This document shows, in pieces, positions 9,853 through 19,605 of a stretch of DNA of 64,000 nt (its first letter is position 1; each line of letters starts with the position of its first letter). A program made the position numbers and the translations under genes. The notes below the pieces were generated by a model. It was not told where the DNA came from. It saw nothing but the letters and a program-made list of their open reading frames with translations, and did not search any database. The stretch lies in the sequence record NC_031103.1, one strand, 5' to 3'. The DNA is from Escherichia phage vB_EcoM-UFV13.

Positions 9853-10249
9853 ATACTCTATTACTGGAAGCCAGTTGCAGTTTTATCTGCTCAATATCAT
9901 CAGGATTATCGATGACCGAAAAGCGTATTTCTACTATCAGAGTATAATCATCATAAACCGGTATCACATTAACTGATAATTTATCAATACGTGGCTCATA
10001 GTTTCTTACCGCGCTTTCGATGTTACGCTCAACTGTGTCAGCAGTAAGAGGAGTCATATTTTCAAAAAGCTGGTCTGATAAATCACATCCAAATTCAGGG
10101 TCAAACGGTCTTGAACCTTTTCTTGTTGTAATAATTCCCAAAAGACTGTTTTTAATTGACCTTAATCCAAGAGATCTAGAAACGTCTTTGTCCCAGTCCA
10201 TTTTCATTTCTGGGTCAATGTCAGAATAAAGCTTATTAATATTTGCCAT
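9851..10249 (-). CDS. 25: baseplate wedge protein gp25
   Basis: 132 aa, T4 gp25 length; 1-nt TAATG overlap with gene 26; split Shine-Dalgarno with hairpin upstream. Confidence 0.93.
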   Translation of the reverse strand: MANINKLYSDIDPEMKMDWDKDVSRSLGLRSIKNSLLGIITTRKGSRPFDPEFGCDLSDQLFENMTPLTADTVERNIESAVRNYEPRIDKLSVNVIPVYDDYTLIVEIRFSVIDNPDDIEQIKLQLASSNRV

Positions 10250-10875
10250 TACAATAGCTCAAAGAATTCTTTGAGTCCTCTTATTACATGAGCGTGAGTT
10301 TTTCCACACTCTGGACACTTAATTGGAACAGCCAAATAAACAGTAGGCTTTAAAAGCATATCTTTTATAGCTACAATATCTGACTCTGTGATGATAGAAT
10401 ATAAATCTTCCAGTTCTTTTTCATTTAAGTCTTCAACTGGAATGCTTTCCCCGTTAGCATGAATCGTTTCTATACATGATACTATCATGTGGGCTATATT
10501 TTTATCATCAAAAATTTTAGGGTAATGGAACTTAATTTTAATGTCACCCAGTGTATACCAGAGGTCTTCTGGTGCATCTATTTGTGTATGTAATAGATTT
10601 ATATGGGTTGGTATTTCAGTTCCACAGGTGCACTTCCAGGAGTTTTCGTGATTAACTTCACCAAGAGAATGTGCCCATAAATGAATCAACAATAGTTCTG
10701 ATTCTTGGCGGTTTAAATCTTTTGCATTTGTGCAGTCTTTGATTAGCTTTTTAACAATTACTTCTACGGAACCATTATTTTTGGCAGTAATAAGTTCTAG
10801 ATATTCTTTAAGCGTGAATGCGCGACAATTGATTATTTTAGAACCAACTCTCACGTCAAATTTGTATTCATACAT
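10249..10875 (-). CDS. 26: baseplate hub protein gp26
   Basis: 208 aa; divergent from gene 51 with shared late-promoter region. Confidence 0.9.
   Translation of the reverse strand: MYEYKFDVRVGSKIINCRAFTLKEYLELITAKNNGSVEVIVKKLIKDCTNAKDLNRQESELLLIHLWAHSLGEVNHENSWKCTCGTEIPTHINLLHTQIDAPEDLWYTLGDIKIKFHYPKIFDDKNIAHMIVSCIETIHANGESIPVEDLNEKELEDLYSIITESDIVAIKDMLLKPTVYLAVPIKCPECGKTHAHVIRGLKEFFELL
10250..10280 (-). promoter_or_regulatory. split ribosome-binding site of gene 25 with intervening hairpin
   Basis: Minus strand GAGGA-CTCAAAG-AATT-CTTTGAG-CTATTGTA-ATG; Shine-Dalgarno lies 26 nt from the ATG unless the hairpin forms. Confidence 0.75.
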
Positions 10876-10896
10876 ATTTAGCTCCTTTATTTATCA

Positions 10897-10908
10897 TATT
10901 TATAAATA
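10897..10908. promoter_or_regulatory. overlapping divergent late promoters for genes 26 (-) and 51 (+)
   Basis: TATTTATAAATA contains TATAAATA on both strands, each followed by AAGGAG and the respective ATG. Confidence 0.7.
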
Positions 10909-10925
10909 GAATAAAAGGAGCATCT

Positions 10926-11675
10926 ATGGCAAACATTATTCGTTGTAAATTACCAGATGGTGTTCATCGTTTTAAACCATTTACGGTAGAAGATTATCGA
11001 GATTTTTTGTTAGTTCGAAACGATATAGAACATCGGTCACCACAAGAACAAAAAGAAGTAATTGCTGATTTAATTGCTGATTATTTTGGAGACTATCCAA
11101 AGACTTGGCAACCATTTATATTTTTGCAGGTATTTGTAGGGTCAATAGGTAAAACTAAAGTACCAGTCACATTTGTGTGTCCAAAATGTAAAAAAGAAAA
11201 GACGGTTCCATTTGAAATATATCAAAAAGAATTAAAGGAACCTGTTTTTGATGTAGCTAATGTTAAAATTAAATTAAAGTTTCCTTCTGAGTTTTATGAA
11301 AATAAAGCAAAGATGATTACTGAAAATATTCATTCTGTTCAAGTAGATGAAATATGGTATGATTGGAAGGAAATTAGCGAGTCCAGTCAAATAGAACTAG
11401 TTGACGCCATCGAGATAGAAACATTAGAAAAAATTCTCGATGCAATGAATCCTATTAATTTAACATTGCACATGTCGTGTTGTAATAAGTATGTAAAAAA
11501 ATACACTGATATAGTAGATGTGTTTAAGCTATTAGTTAACCCAGATGAAATATTTACTTTTTATCAAATTAATCACACACTCGTAAAAAGTAATTATAGC
11601 TTAAATTCAATAATGAAAATGATTCCTGCCGAGCGCGGATTCGTATTAAAACTGATTGAGAAGGATAAACAATAA
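10926..11675 (+). CDS. 51: baseplate hub assembly protein gp51
   Basis: 249 aa; late promoter TATAAATA plus AAGGAG upstream. Confidence 0.9.
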   Translation: MANIIRCKLPDGVHRFKPFTVEDYRDFLLVRNDIEHRSPQEQKEVIADLIADYFGDYPKTWQPFIFLQVFVGSIGKTKVPVTFVCPKCKKEKTVPFEIYQKELKEPVFDVANVKIKLKFPSEFYENKAKMITENIHSVQVDEIWYDWKEISESSQIELVDAIEIETLEKILDAMNPINLTLHMSCCNKYVKKYTDIVDVFKLLVNPDEIFTFYQINHTLVKSNYSLNSIMKMIPAERGFVLKLIEKDKQ

Positions 11676-12850
11676 TGAGTATGTTGCAACGCCCCGGATA
11701 TCCAAATCTCAGCGTTAAATTATTTGATAGCTACGACGCTTGGAGTAATAATAGATTTGTTGAATTAGCTGCTACTATTACCACATTAACTATGCGGGAT
11801 TCTCTTTATGGCCGAAATGAAGGAATGCTGCAGTTTTATGATTCTAAAAATATCCACACAAAAATGGATGGGAATGAAATAATTCAGATTTCTGTAGCTA
11901 ATGCAAATGATATTAATAATGTTAAAACACGAATTTATGGATGTAAGCATTTTTCCGTGTCAGTAGATTCAAAAGGTGATAACATCATTGCTATTGAATT
12001 GGGAACTATTCATTCTATAGAAAATCTTAAATTTGGTAGACCATTTTTCCCTGATGCAGGTGAATCTATAAAAGAAATGCTTGGCGTCATTTATCAGGAT
12101 CGCACATTATTAACTCCAGCAATAAATGCCATAAATGCCTATGTTCCTGATATTCCATGGACTAGCACATTTGAAAACTATTTGTCATATGTAAGAGAAG
12201 TTGGTCTAGCTGTAGGAAGCGACAAATTTGTATTTGTGTGGCAAGACATCATGGGAGTTAACATGATGGACTATGATATGATGATAAATCAAGAACCATA
12301 TCCAATGATTGTCGGTGAGCCATCTTTAATAGGTCAATTCATCCAAGAATTAAAATACCCATTAGCATATGATTTCGTTTGGTTAACTAAATCGAATCCT
12401 CACAAACGTGACCCAATGAAAAATGCTACTATCTATGCGCATTCATTTTTAGATTCTTCATTGCCAATGATTACTACGGGAAAGGGCGAAAACTCTATTG
12501 TAGTGTCAAGGTCAGGTGCTTATTCTGAAATGACTTATAGGAACGGATATGAAGAAGCTATTCGTCTTCAAACTATGGCACAATATGACGGATATGCTAA
12601 ATGTTCTACTGTCGGCAATTTTAACTTGACTCCTGGTGTTAAAATTATTTTTAATGATAGTAAAAACCAATTTAAAACAGAATTTTACGTTGATGAAGTT
12701 ATCCATGAATTATCCAATAATAATTCAGTAACTCATCTATATATGTTCACTAATGCAACGAAACTGGAAACAATAGACCCAGTTAAGGTTAAAAATGAAT
12801 TTAAATCTGATACTACCACTGAAGAAAGTAGTTCTTCCAATAAGCAATAA
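11675..12850 (+). CDS. 27: baseplate hub protein gp27
   Basis: 391 aa, T4 gp27 length and order. Confidence 0.93.
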   Translation: MSMLQRPGYPNLSVKLFDSYDAWSNNRFVELAATITTLTMRDSLYGRNEGMLQFYDSKNIHTKMDGNEIIQISVANANDINNVKTRIYGCKHFSVSVDSKGDNIIAIELGTIHSIENLKFGRPFFPDAGESIKEMLGVIYQDRTLLTPAINAINAYVPDIPWTSTFENYLSYVREVGLAVGSDKFVFVWQDIMGVNMMDYDMMINQEPYPMIVGEPSLIGQFIQELKYPLAYDFVWLTKSNPHKRDPMKNATIYAHSFLDSSLPMITTGKGENSIVVSRSGAYSEMTYRNGYEEAIRLQTMAQYDGYAKCSTVGNFNLTPGVKIIFNDSKNQFKTEFYVDEVIHELSNNNSVTHLYMFTNATKLETIDPVKVKNEFKSDTTTEESSSSNKQ

Positions 12851-13328
12851 AGAAGTTTCTATTCCTAAAATGGGTCTTAAACATTATAACATTTTAAAAG
12901 ATGTTAAAGGCCCCGATGAAAATTTAAAACTTCTTATTGATTCTATTTGTCCGAATTTGTCACCGGCAGAAGTTGATTTCGTTTCTATTCATTTATTGGA
13001 ATTTAATGGAAAGATTAAATCTCGTAAAGAAATAGATGGCTATACTTATGACATTAATGATGTTTATGTGTGCCAAAGATTAGAATTTCAATACCAAGGA
13101 AATACATTTTATTTTAGACCTCCTGGAAAATTTGAACAATTTTTAACGGTGAGCGATATGTTATCTAAATGCTTGCTTAAGGTCAACGATGAAGTTAAAG
13201 AAATTAATTTTCTTGAGATGCCAGCATTCGTTTTAAAATGGGCAAATGATATTTTTACAACTTTAGCAATTCCTGGCCCTAATGGTCCAATAACCGGAAT
13301 TGGCAATATTATTGGATTATTTGAATGA
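12795..13328 (+). CDS. 28: baseplate hub distal subunit gp28
   Basis: 177 aa, overlaps gene 27 3' end as in T4. Confidence 0.9.
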   Translation: MNLNLILPLKKVVLPISNKEVSIPKMGLKHYNILKDVKGPDENLKLLIDSICPNLSPAEVDFVSIHLLEFNGKIKSRKEIDGYTYDINDVYVCQRLEFQYQGNTFYFRPPGKFEQFLTVSDMLSKCLLKVNDEVKEINFLEMPAFVLKWANDIFTTLAIPGPNGPITGIGNIIGLFE

Positions 13329-15097
13329 AAAAGCCACAAGAAATGCAAACGATGCGTAGAAAAGTTATTTCAGATAATAAACCAACACAGGAAGCGGCTA
13401 AATCCGCTTCCAACACTTTATCTGGACTTAACGATATATCTACGAAATTGGATGATGCTCAAGCTGCCTCTGAATTAATAGCTCAAACTGTCGAAGAAAA
13501 ATCGAATGAAATAGTTGGAGCAATTGACAACGTTGAAAGCGCAGTGAGTGATACTACCGCAGGTTCTGAGTTAATTGCCGAGACTGTTGAAATTGGCAAT
13601 AATATCAATAAAGAAATCGGTGAATCACTCGGGAGCAAATTAGATAAATTAACGAGTTTATTAGAACAAAAAATTCAGACAGCTGGAATTCAACAGACGG
13701 GAACGAGTTTAGCCACGGTTGAAAGCGCTATTCCTGTTAAAGTCGTTGAGGATGATACTGCTGAATCTGTAGGTCCTTTATTACCGGCTCCTGAAGCAGT
13801 TAATAATGATCCTGACGCTGATTTTTTCCCTACCCCTCAGCCAGTTGAACCCAAACAAGAATCACCAGAAGAAAAACAGAAAAAAGAAGCATTTAACTTA
13901 AAATTATCTCAAGCTTTAGATAAATTAACAAAGACAGTTGATTTTGGATTTAAGAAATCTATTTCAATTACTGATAAAATATCAAGCATGCTATTTAAGT
14001 ACACCGTCAGTGCTGCTATTGAAGCTGCTAAAATGACTGCAATGATACTGGCTGTTGTTGTTGGAATAGACCTTTTGATGGTTCACTTTAAATACTGGTC
14101 AGGTAAATTTTCACAAGCCTGGGACTTGTTTAGTGCAAACTTTACTAAATTCTCTAGCGAAACCGGAACATGGGGTCCTTTATTACAGAGCATCTTTGGT
14201 TCTATTGATAAAATTCAACAATTTTGGGAAAATGGAGATTGGGGCGGATTGACGGCAGCTATCATAGAAGGACTCGGAAGTGTTCTTTTTAATTTAGGAG
14301 AGCTTATTCAATTAGGCATGGCTAAATTATCTGCTGCAATTCTTCGAGTCATTCCTGGCATGAAGGATACTGCTGATGAAGTAGAAGGAAGAGCACTGGA
14401 AAATTTCCAAAATACTACTGGAGCATCTCTCAATAAAGAAGACCAGGAAAAAGTTGCAAATTATCAGTACAAAAGAATGAATGGAGACCTTGGTCCAATA
14501 GCAAAAGGATTAGACAAAATTGCGAACTGGAAAACTCGTGCATCTAACTGGATTCGTGGTGTAGATAATAAAGAAGCACTAACATCTGATGAAGAGAGAG
14601 CAGAGGAAGAAGAAAAATTAAAGCAGCTTTCTCCAGAGGAAGCTAAAATTGCTTTAATGAAAGCTAATGAAGCTCGTGCTGCTATGAATCGTTTTGAAAA
14701 ATATGCTGATTCAGCTGATATGAGTAAAGACTCAACGGTTAAATCAGTTGAATCTGCCTATGAAGACCTTAAAAAACGGATGGATGACCCGGATTTAAAT
14801 AATTCAACGGCAGTTAAAAAGGAACTTGCTGCTAGATTTTCTAAAATTGATGCTACTTATCAAGAGCTCAAGAAAAATCAGCCTAATGCCAAACCTGAAA
14901 CTTCTGCTAAATCGCCAGAAGCGAAACAGGTCCAGGTTATTGAAAAGAACAAAGCACAGCAAGCTCCTGTTCAGCAAGCATCTCCTTCAATCAATAATAC
15001 TAATAATGTTATTAAGAAAAATACTGTCGTTCATAATATGACACCTGTCACAAGCACAACTGCTCCTGGTGTATTTGATGCGACTGGAGTTAATTAA
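13325..15097 (+). CDS. 29: baseplate hub / tail length determinator gp29
   Basis: 590 aa, T4 gp29 length; coiled-coil-rich tape-measure-like sequence. Confidence 0.93.
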   Translation: MKKPQEMQTMRRKVISDNKPTQEAAKSASNTLSGLNDISTKLDDAQAASELIAQTVEEKSNEIVGAIDNVESAVSDTTAGSELIAETVEIGNNINKEIGESLGSKLDKLTSLLEQKIQTAGIQQTGTSLATVESAIPVKVVEDDTAESVGPLLPAPEAVNNDPDADFFPTPQPVEPKQESPEEKQKKEAFNLKLSQALDKLTKTVDFGFKKSISITDKISSMLFKYTVSAAIEAAKMTAMILAVVVGIDLLMVHFKYWSGKFSQAWDLFSANFTKFSSETGTWGPLLQSIFGSIDKIQQFWENGDWGGLTAAIIEGLGSVLFNLGELIQLGMAKLSAAILRVIPGMKDTADEVEGRALENFQNTTGASLNKEDQEKVANYQYKRMNGDLGPIAKGLDKIANWKTRASNWIRGVDNKEALTSDEERAEEEEKLKQLSPEEAKIALMKANEARAAMNRFEKYADSADMSKDSTVKSVESAYEDLKKRMDDPDLNNSTAVKKELAARFSKIDATYQELKKNQPNAKPETSAKSPEAKQVQVIEKNKAQQAPVQQASPSINNTNNVIKKNTVVHNMTPVTSTTAPGVFDATGVN

Positions 15098-15105
15098 GGA
15101 ATAAT

Positions 15106-16200
15106 ATGGCAATTGTTAAAGAAATAACTACTGATTTAATTAAAAAGTCCGGTGAGAAAATTTCAGCCGGACAGAGCACTAAATCAGAAGTAGTAACTAA
15201 AACATACACTGCCCAGTTTCCAACTGGGCGTGCTAGTGGTAATGACACTACAGGGGACTTCCAGGTAACAGATCTATATAAGAATGGATTATTATTTACT
15301 GCATACAATATGTCATCTAGGGATTCTGGAAGTCTTAGATCGATGAGATCTAACTACTCTTCTTCATCTTCGAGTATTTTAAGTACAGCTAGAAACACTA
15401 TTAGTAGTACAGTATCAAAACTATCAAATGGATTAATATCAAACAATAATTCAGGAACAATAAGTAAAGCTCCTGTGGCAAATATTCTTTTGCCGAGATC
15501 TAAATCTGATGTTGATACATCATCACACCGATTTAATGATGTTCAAGAAAGTCTTATCAGCAGAGGCGGAGGTACTGCTACTGGTGTGCTAAGTAATATT
15601 GCTTCAACTGCAGTATTTGGAGCACTGGAAAGTATAACACAAGGTATAATGGCTGATAATAATGAACAGATTTATACGACAGCCAGAAGTATGTATGGCG
15701 GGGCTGAAAATAGAACTAAAGTGTTCACTTGGGATTTGACTCCACGTTCAACAGAAGATTTAATGGCTATTATTAATATCTATCAGTATTTTAACTATTT
15801 TTCTTATGGTGAAACAGGTAAATCTCAATATGCTGCTGAAATAAAGGGGTATTTAGATGATTGGTATCGTTCTACGTTAATTGAACCTTTATCTCCGGAA
15901 GACGCAGCTAAAAATAAAACACTATTTGAGAAAATGACAGCAAGTTTAACGAACGTTCTTGTAGTTTCAAACCCGACAATTTGGATGGTGAAAAACTTTG
16001 GTGCAACATCTAAGTTTGATGGAAAAACGGAAATATTTGGTCCATGCCAAATACAGAGCATTAGATTTGATAAAACGCCTAATGGTAACTTTAACGGATT
16101 AGCTATTGCTCCAAACCTCCCTAGTACATTTACTCTCGAGATTACTATGAGAGAAATTATCACGTTAAACCGTGCTTCTTTATATGCGGGGACTTTTTAA
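15106..16200 (+). CDS. 48: baseplate tail tube cap gp48
   Basis: 364 aa, T4 gp48 length and order. Confidence 0.93.
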   Translation: MAIVKEITTDLIKKSGEKISAGQSTKSEVVTKTYTAQFPTGRASGNDTTGDFQVTDLYKNGLLFTAYNMSSRDSGSLRSMRSNYSSSSSSILSTARNTISSTVSKLSNGLISNNNSGTISKAPVANILLPRSKSDVDTSSHRFNDVQESLISRGGGTATGVLSNIASTAVFGALESITQGIMADNNEQIYTTARSMYGGAENRTKVFTWDLTPRSTEDLMAIINIYQYFNYFSYGETGKSQYAAEIKGYLDDWYRSTLIEPLSPEDAAKNKTLFEKMTASLTNVLVVSNPTIWMVKNFGATSKFDGKTEIFGPCQIQSIRFDKTPNGNFNGLAIAPNLPSTFTLEITMREIITLNRASLYAGTF

Positions 16201-17165
16201 TGTATTCTTTAGAGGAATTTAATAATCAAGCAATAAACGCAGATTTCCAACGTAATAATATGTTTAGCTGCGTTTTTGCGACAACTCCATCAACTAAAAG
16301 CTCTTCGTTGATAAGTTCAATTAGCAACTTTTCTTATAATAACTTGGGCCTAAATTCAGATTGGTTAGGATTAACTCAAGGCGATATTAATCAGGGAATT
16401 ACCACGCTAATTACTGCTGGTACACAAAAACTAATAAGAAAATCAGGAGTCAGTAAATATCTTATTGGTGCCATGAGTCAACGTACTGTCCAGAGTTTAT
16501 TAGGCTCATTTACAGTCGGTACATATTTAATCGATTTCTTTAATATGGCGTATAATTCATCTGGATTGATGATATATTCTGTAAAAATGCCAGAGAATAG
16601 ATTATCCTATGAAACTGACTGGAACTATAATTCTCCTAATATTCGTATAACTGGGAGAGAATTAGACCCTTTGGTTATTTCATTTAGAATGGATTCAGAA
16701 GCTTGTAACTATCGTGCAATGCAAGACTGGGTTAACGCTGTTCAAGACCCAGTAACTGGATTACGTGCTTTGCCACAAGATGTCGAGGCAGATATTCAGG
16801 TTAATCTTCATGCTCGTAATGGATTACCTCATACTGCGGTGATGTTCACCGGATGCATTCCAATATCAGTGAGCGCTCCTGAGTTATCATATGATGGAGA
16901 TAACCAAATAACTACATTTGACGTTACTTTTGCGTATAGAGTGATGCAGGCTGGAGCAGTTGATAGGCAAGCTGCGCTTGAATGGCTTGAATCTGCTGCT
17001 ATAAATGGTATTCAAAGCGTTCTCGGAAATAGTGGAGGTGTTACTGGACTATCTAATTCGCTTTCACGACTTAGTAGATTAGGAGGAACTGCAGGAAGCA
17101 TTTCAAACATTAATACTATGACAGGGATTGTCAATTCGCAAAGTAAAATATTAGGAGCAATATAA
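16200..17165 (+). CDS. 54: baseplate tail tube initiator gp54
   Basis: 321 aa, follows gp48 with ATGA-type junction; terminator hairpin downstream. Confidence 0.93.
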   Translation: MYSLEEFNNQAINADFQRNNMFSCVFATTPSTKSSSLISSISNFSYNNLGLNSDWLGLTQGDINQGITTLITAGTQKLIRKSGVSKYLIGAMSQRTVQSLLGSFTVGTYLIDFFNMAYNSSGLMIYSVKMPENRLSYETDWNYNSPNIRITGRELDPLVISFRMDSEACNYRAMQDWVNAVQDPVTGLRALPQDVEADIQVNLHARNGLPHTAVMFTGCIPISVSAPELSYDGDNQITTFDVTFAYRVMQAGAVDRQAALEWLESAAINGIQSVLGNSGGVTGLSNSLSRLSRLGGTAGSISNINTMTGIVNSQSKILGAI

Positions 17166-17167
17166 CA

Positions 17168-17200
17168 ATGGGGACCGAAAGGTCCCCATATTTTTATTTA
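17168..17200 (+). terminator. hairpin terminator after gene 54
   Basis: GGGGACC-GAAA-GGTCCCC followed by ATATTTTTATTT. Confidence 0.75.
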
Positions 17201-17484
17201 CGGAATGAAATAAAAGCAGCAACTGAAGCAACTAAACTGTCTTCAATATAAACTTCAATTTTTACCGGAGCTTCTGACTCAAATTTACCTGTTACTACAC
17301 CTTGAAAAATACTTTCAGTCTGTTCTGGCTTTGAAAAATTTTCAGAAGGAAAAATTCCGAACTTTTTATCCGTTCCAAAAATTTTGATAAATTCATCGTA
17401 AACTGCTTCATTAAAAGCATTATCAGCAGGAATAACGCCTTCAACTACAAGTTCTTGACCTAAAAAGCGCAAAGAAGATTTCAT
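17194..17484 (-). CDS. hypothetical protein downstream of the alt genes
   Basis: 96 aa ORF preceded by early promoter-like element and GAGGA Shine-Dalgarno. Confidence 0.65.
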   Translation of the reverse strand: MKSSLRFLGQELVVEGVIPADNAFNEAVYDEFIKIFGTDKKFGIFPSENFSKPEQTESIFQGVVTGKFESEAPVKIEVYIEDSLVASVAAFISFRK

Positions 17485-17495
17485 TTTGTGTTCCT

Positions 17496-17550
17496 CATGT
17501 TATGTCAGTAAGACTACTATAACACAACATAAGGAACTTGTAAACTACAT
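17496..17550 (-). promoter_or_regulatory. early promoter-like element plus leader (copy 1 of a duplicated element)
   Basis: Minus strand GTTTAC, 17-nt spacer, TATAGT-like -10, then GAGGA; near-identical to 32486..32541. Confidence 0.6.
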
Positions 17551-19602
17551 TTTGAACTTTTTAGACATTCCGTTGATGTTAACCAAAGAAGCTAAGATTT
17601 GAGAAACTTCGTTTTCCTCTTCTTTTGATTCTTCTACAAGGAATTGATTAAATCCAGTCATTGGACGAACTTCACCAGTTTCCATCAGATGGTCGCCATC
17701 ATATACTGATTCTTCTAATTGTTCAGAAGGAGGAACGATTGTACCTTCGATTAGATACTTGTTATAAGCAGTTTCTTTCATAAAGTAAGTACTTACTTTA
17801 TTAATCTTCAGTAAAATTCCACGCGGTAGAATAACTTCAGCTTCTGATGGAAATCCTGATAAATGACCTGGAACGATAACTTTGATTCGCTCAGCTCCTT
17901 TAATTACCATACCCACGCTAGTTTCAGCATCTTCATTAGCATATGTAGAATGACTACCCATATGCATTAAATCTTCGGCATCAACGGAACCTTCTCCTTC
18001 ACCAGAAAATACTGCGCCGGAATCATCTAGAGCCATATAGTTTTTACCATGCTCACCGAAGATATTTGGTTTAAGCGATGTGGATACGAAGTTCTTGAAA
18101 TAGAACATTTTATTTTCAATGTTATGACGCAAAGTTTTAAAGGTAACTTCTTGTCCACGGTAAAGTGTAGTTCCTGGAGGAAGAACTGATCCTTTGGCAA
18201 AGGCAGAATCCAACGTCTCGATGTGCTTAATAGCTCGTTCCATGTATTCTTCACGGGTAGAATCTGGTTTACCCAAAAGGAACGAGTTCATTTCAACATA
18301 TGAATCTGCACAATAATCTTCAATTACATCAGATTCAGCTTGGGTTAGTCCTTTTGGAGTTACTTCGGTGCTTGCGTATTCATATGCCTGAGCAGCAGAT
18401 TCATTAATCAATTTATAAATGCCATTCATTACAAATTGAATAATAGCTGTCTTTTCATCTGGTGTAGCTTTAGAACCTTTAACTAAATCATTGATAATTT
18501 TCTTAATAACATCAAAGCTATTAGAAATATTAATGTCAGCAAGATCACTTAAAATTTTATCAGTTTTATAATCAAAGAATTCTTTATTCTTTAAATATTC
18601 TTGAGAACCTTGATATGTTATATCGCTCTGCAGCTTGATAGATGGATCGCGTAAACGTGCATGGGCCAATGCAATATGATTTCGGAAGCTTTCTAGTTCA
18701 TAATCGTTAGATTTAAAACGAGAAGCACTTCTCATACCACCGATAGCTCCTTTGCTGAAGTTTGAACCAATCTGAATAACGCCAGAGTTCATTGGTCCTT
18801 CTGCTTTATATACCGGAACCTTAGATTCAAACTCTTGATATTTCTTAGCAGCGAAGCTATCACCCTGAAGTGAAGCGTCAACAGTAGAATATTGAGCTTG
18901 TGCTGCTAATCGACGACTAATTTTAGTTTTCTGAATAACAGCTTGGTCAGTACGTTTATCATTTTCTAAAGCAATAGAAGCAGCAACAGCGACAGCTTTA
19001 GGAACAGCATTACCTGTTTTAACGTCTACATAAACATCACCAACCTTTGATTCAACTTTTGTGAATAACTCAGTTGAAATAGGAGGTACACCTGGAATGT
19101 CTTCTAAATTGGCATTTTTACGGTAAACCATAATATATGCATATTTCTTATCATAGTCCCAGATTTCCTTTAAGAGAACATATCGACCTGCTCCTTTAGT
19201 ACGTACTAAACGGTCAGCAATAACTTGCATTTGACGAGCAGCGCCATTTGTTTTACTTTTTAGTACGCGGAATAGGCATGCATCAATTTTATACTGCTTC
19301 ATTGTTTGAAGAGCAGTATCAAAAACAGCATTAATGACACCAATTGGATTTCCACCCAAGTTTCTAAGCTTAACCAGCGATAATTTCTCGTTGACACCTA
19401 TCATTACGATATGCATCATTTTATCGCCTGGCTTAACGTTTTTATTTGTATCACCGCCAGAGGTGTATGTACAAAATCTAAATCCAGGAAGCACACTTTC
19501 TTCACCGGCTTGAATAGCAAAAATTTGAGGTATTTTATGCTTAGGATTTAAGTTAACAACCGGCGCCGAAGCGCCGTCAAATAATTCTGTAATAAGTTCC
19601 AT
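17545..19602 (-). CDS. Alt-family ADP-ribosyltransferase paralogue (second copy)
   Basis: 685 aa; N-terminus MELITELFD and blocks LCTYTSGGDTN, KQYKIDAC, GRYVLLKEIWDYDKKYAY shared with the adjacent Alt; ART R-S-E motifs (LYRGQ, FVSTSL, EAEVILPRG). Confidence 0.85.
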   Translation of the reverse strand: MELITELFDGASAPVVNLNPKHKIPQIFAIQAGEESVLPGFRFCTYTSGGDTNKNVKPGDKMMHIVMIGVNEKLSLVKLRNLGGNPIGVINAVFDTALQTMKQYKIDACLFRVLKSKTNGAARQMQVIADRLVRTKGAGRYVLLKEIWDYDKKYAYIMVYRKNANLEDIPGVPPISTELFTKVESKVGDVYVDVKTGNAVPKAVAVAASIALENDKRTDQAVIQKTKISRRLAAQAQYSTVDASLQGDSFAAKKYQEFESKVPVYKAEGPMNSGVIQIGSNFSKGAIGGMRSASRFKSNDYELESFRNHIALAHARLRDPSIKLQSDITYQGSQEYLKNKEFFDYKTDKILSDLADINISNSFDVIKKIINDLVKGSKATPDEKTAIIQFVMNGIYKLINESAAQAYEYASTEVTPKGLTQAESDVIEDYCADSYVEMNSFLLGKPDSTREEYMERAIKHIETLDSAFAKGSVLPPGTTLYRGQEVTFKTLRHNIENKMFYFKNFVSTSLKPNIFGEHGKNYMALDDSGAVFSGEGEGSVDAEDLMHMGSHSTYANEDAETSVGMVIKGAERIKVIVPGHLSGFPSEAEVILPRGILLKINKVSTYFMKETAYNKYLIEGTIVPPSEQLEESVYDGDHLMETGEVRPMTGFNQFLVEESKEEENEVSQILASLVNINGMSKKFKM

Positions 19603-19605
19603 GAT

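Noticed and set aside
14826-15041. 71-aa plus-strand ORF inside gene 29
   Set aside because: Alternative frame of gene 29; Lys/Leu-rich translation from the AT-rich frame.
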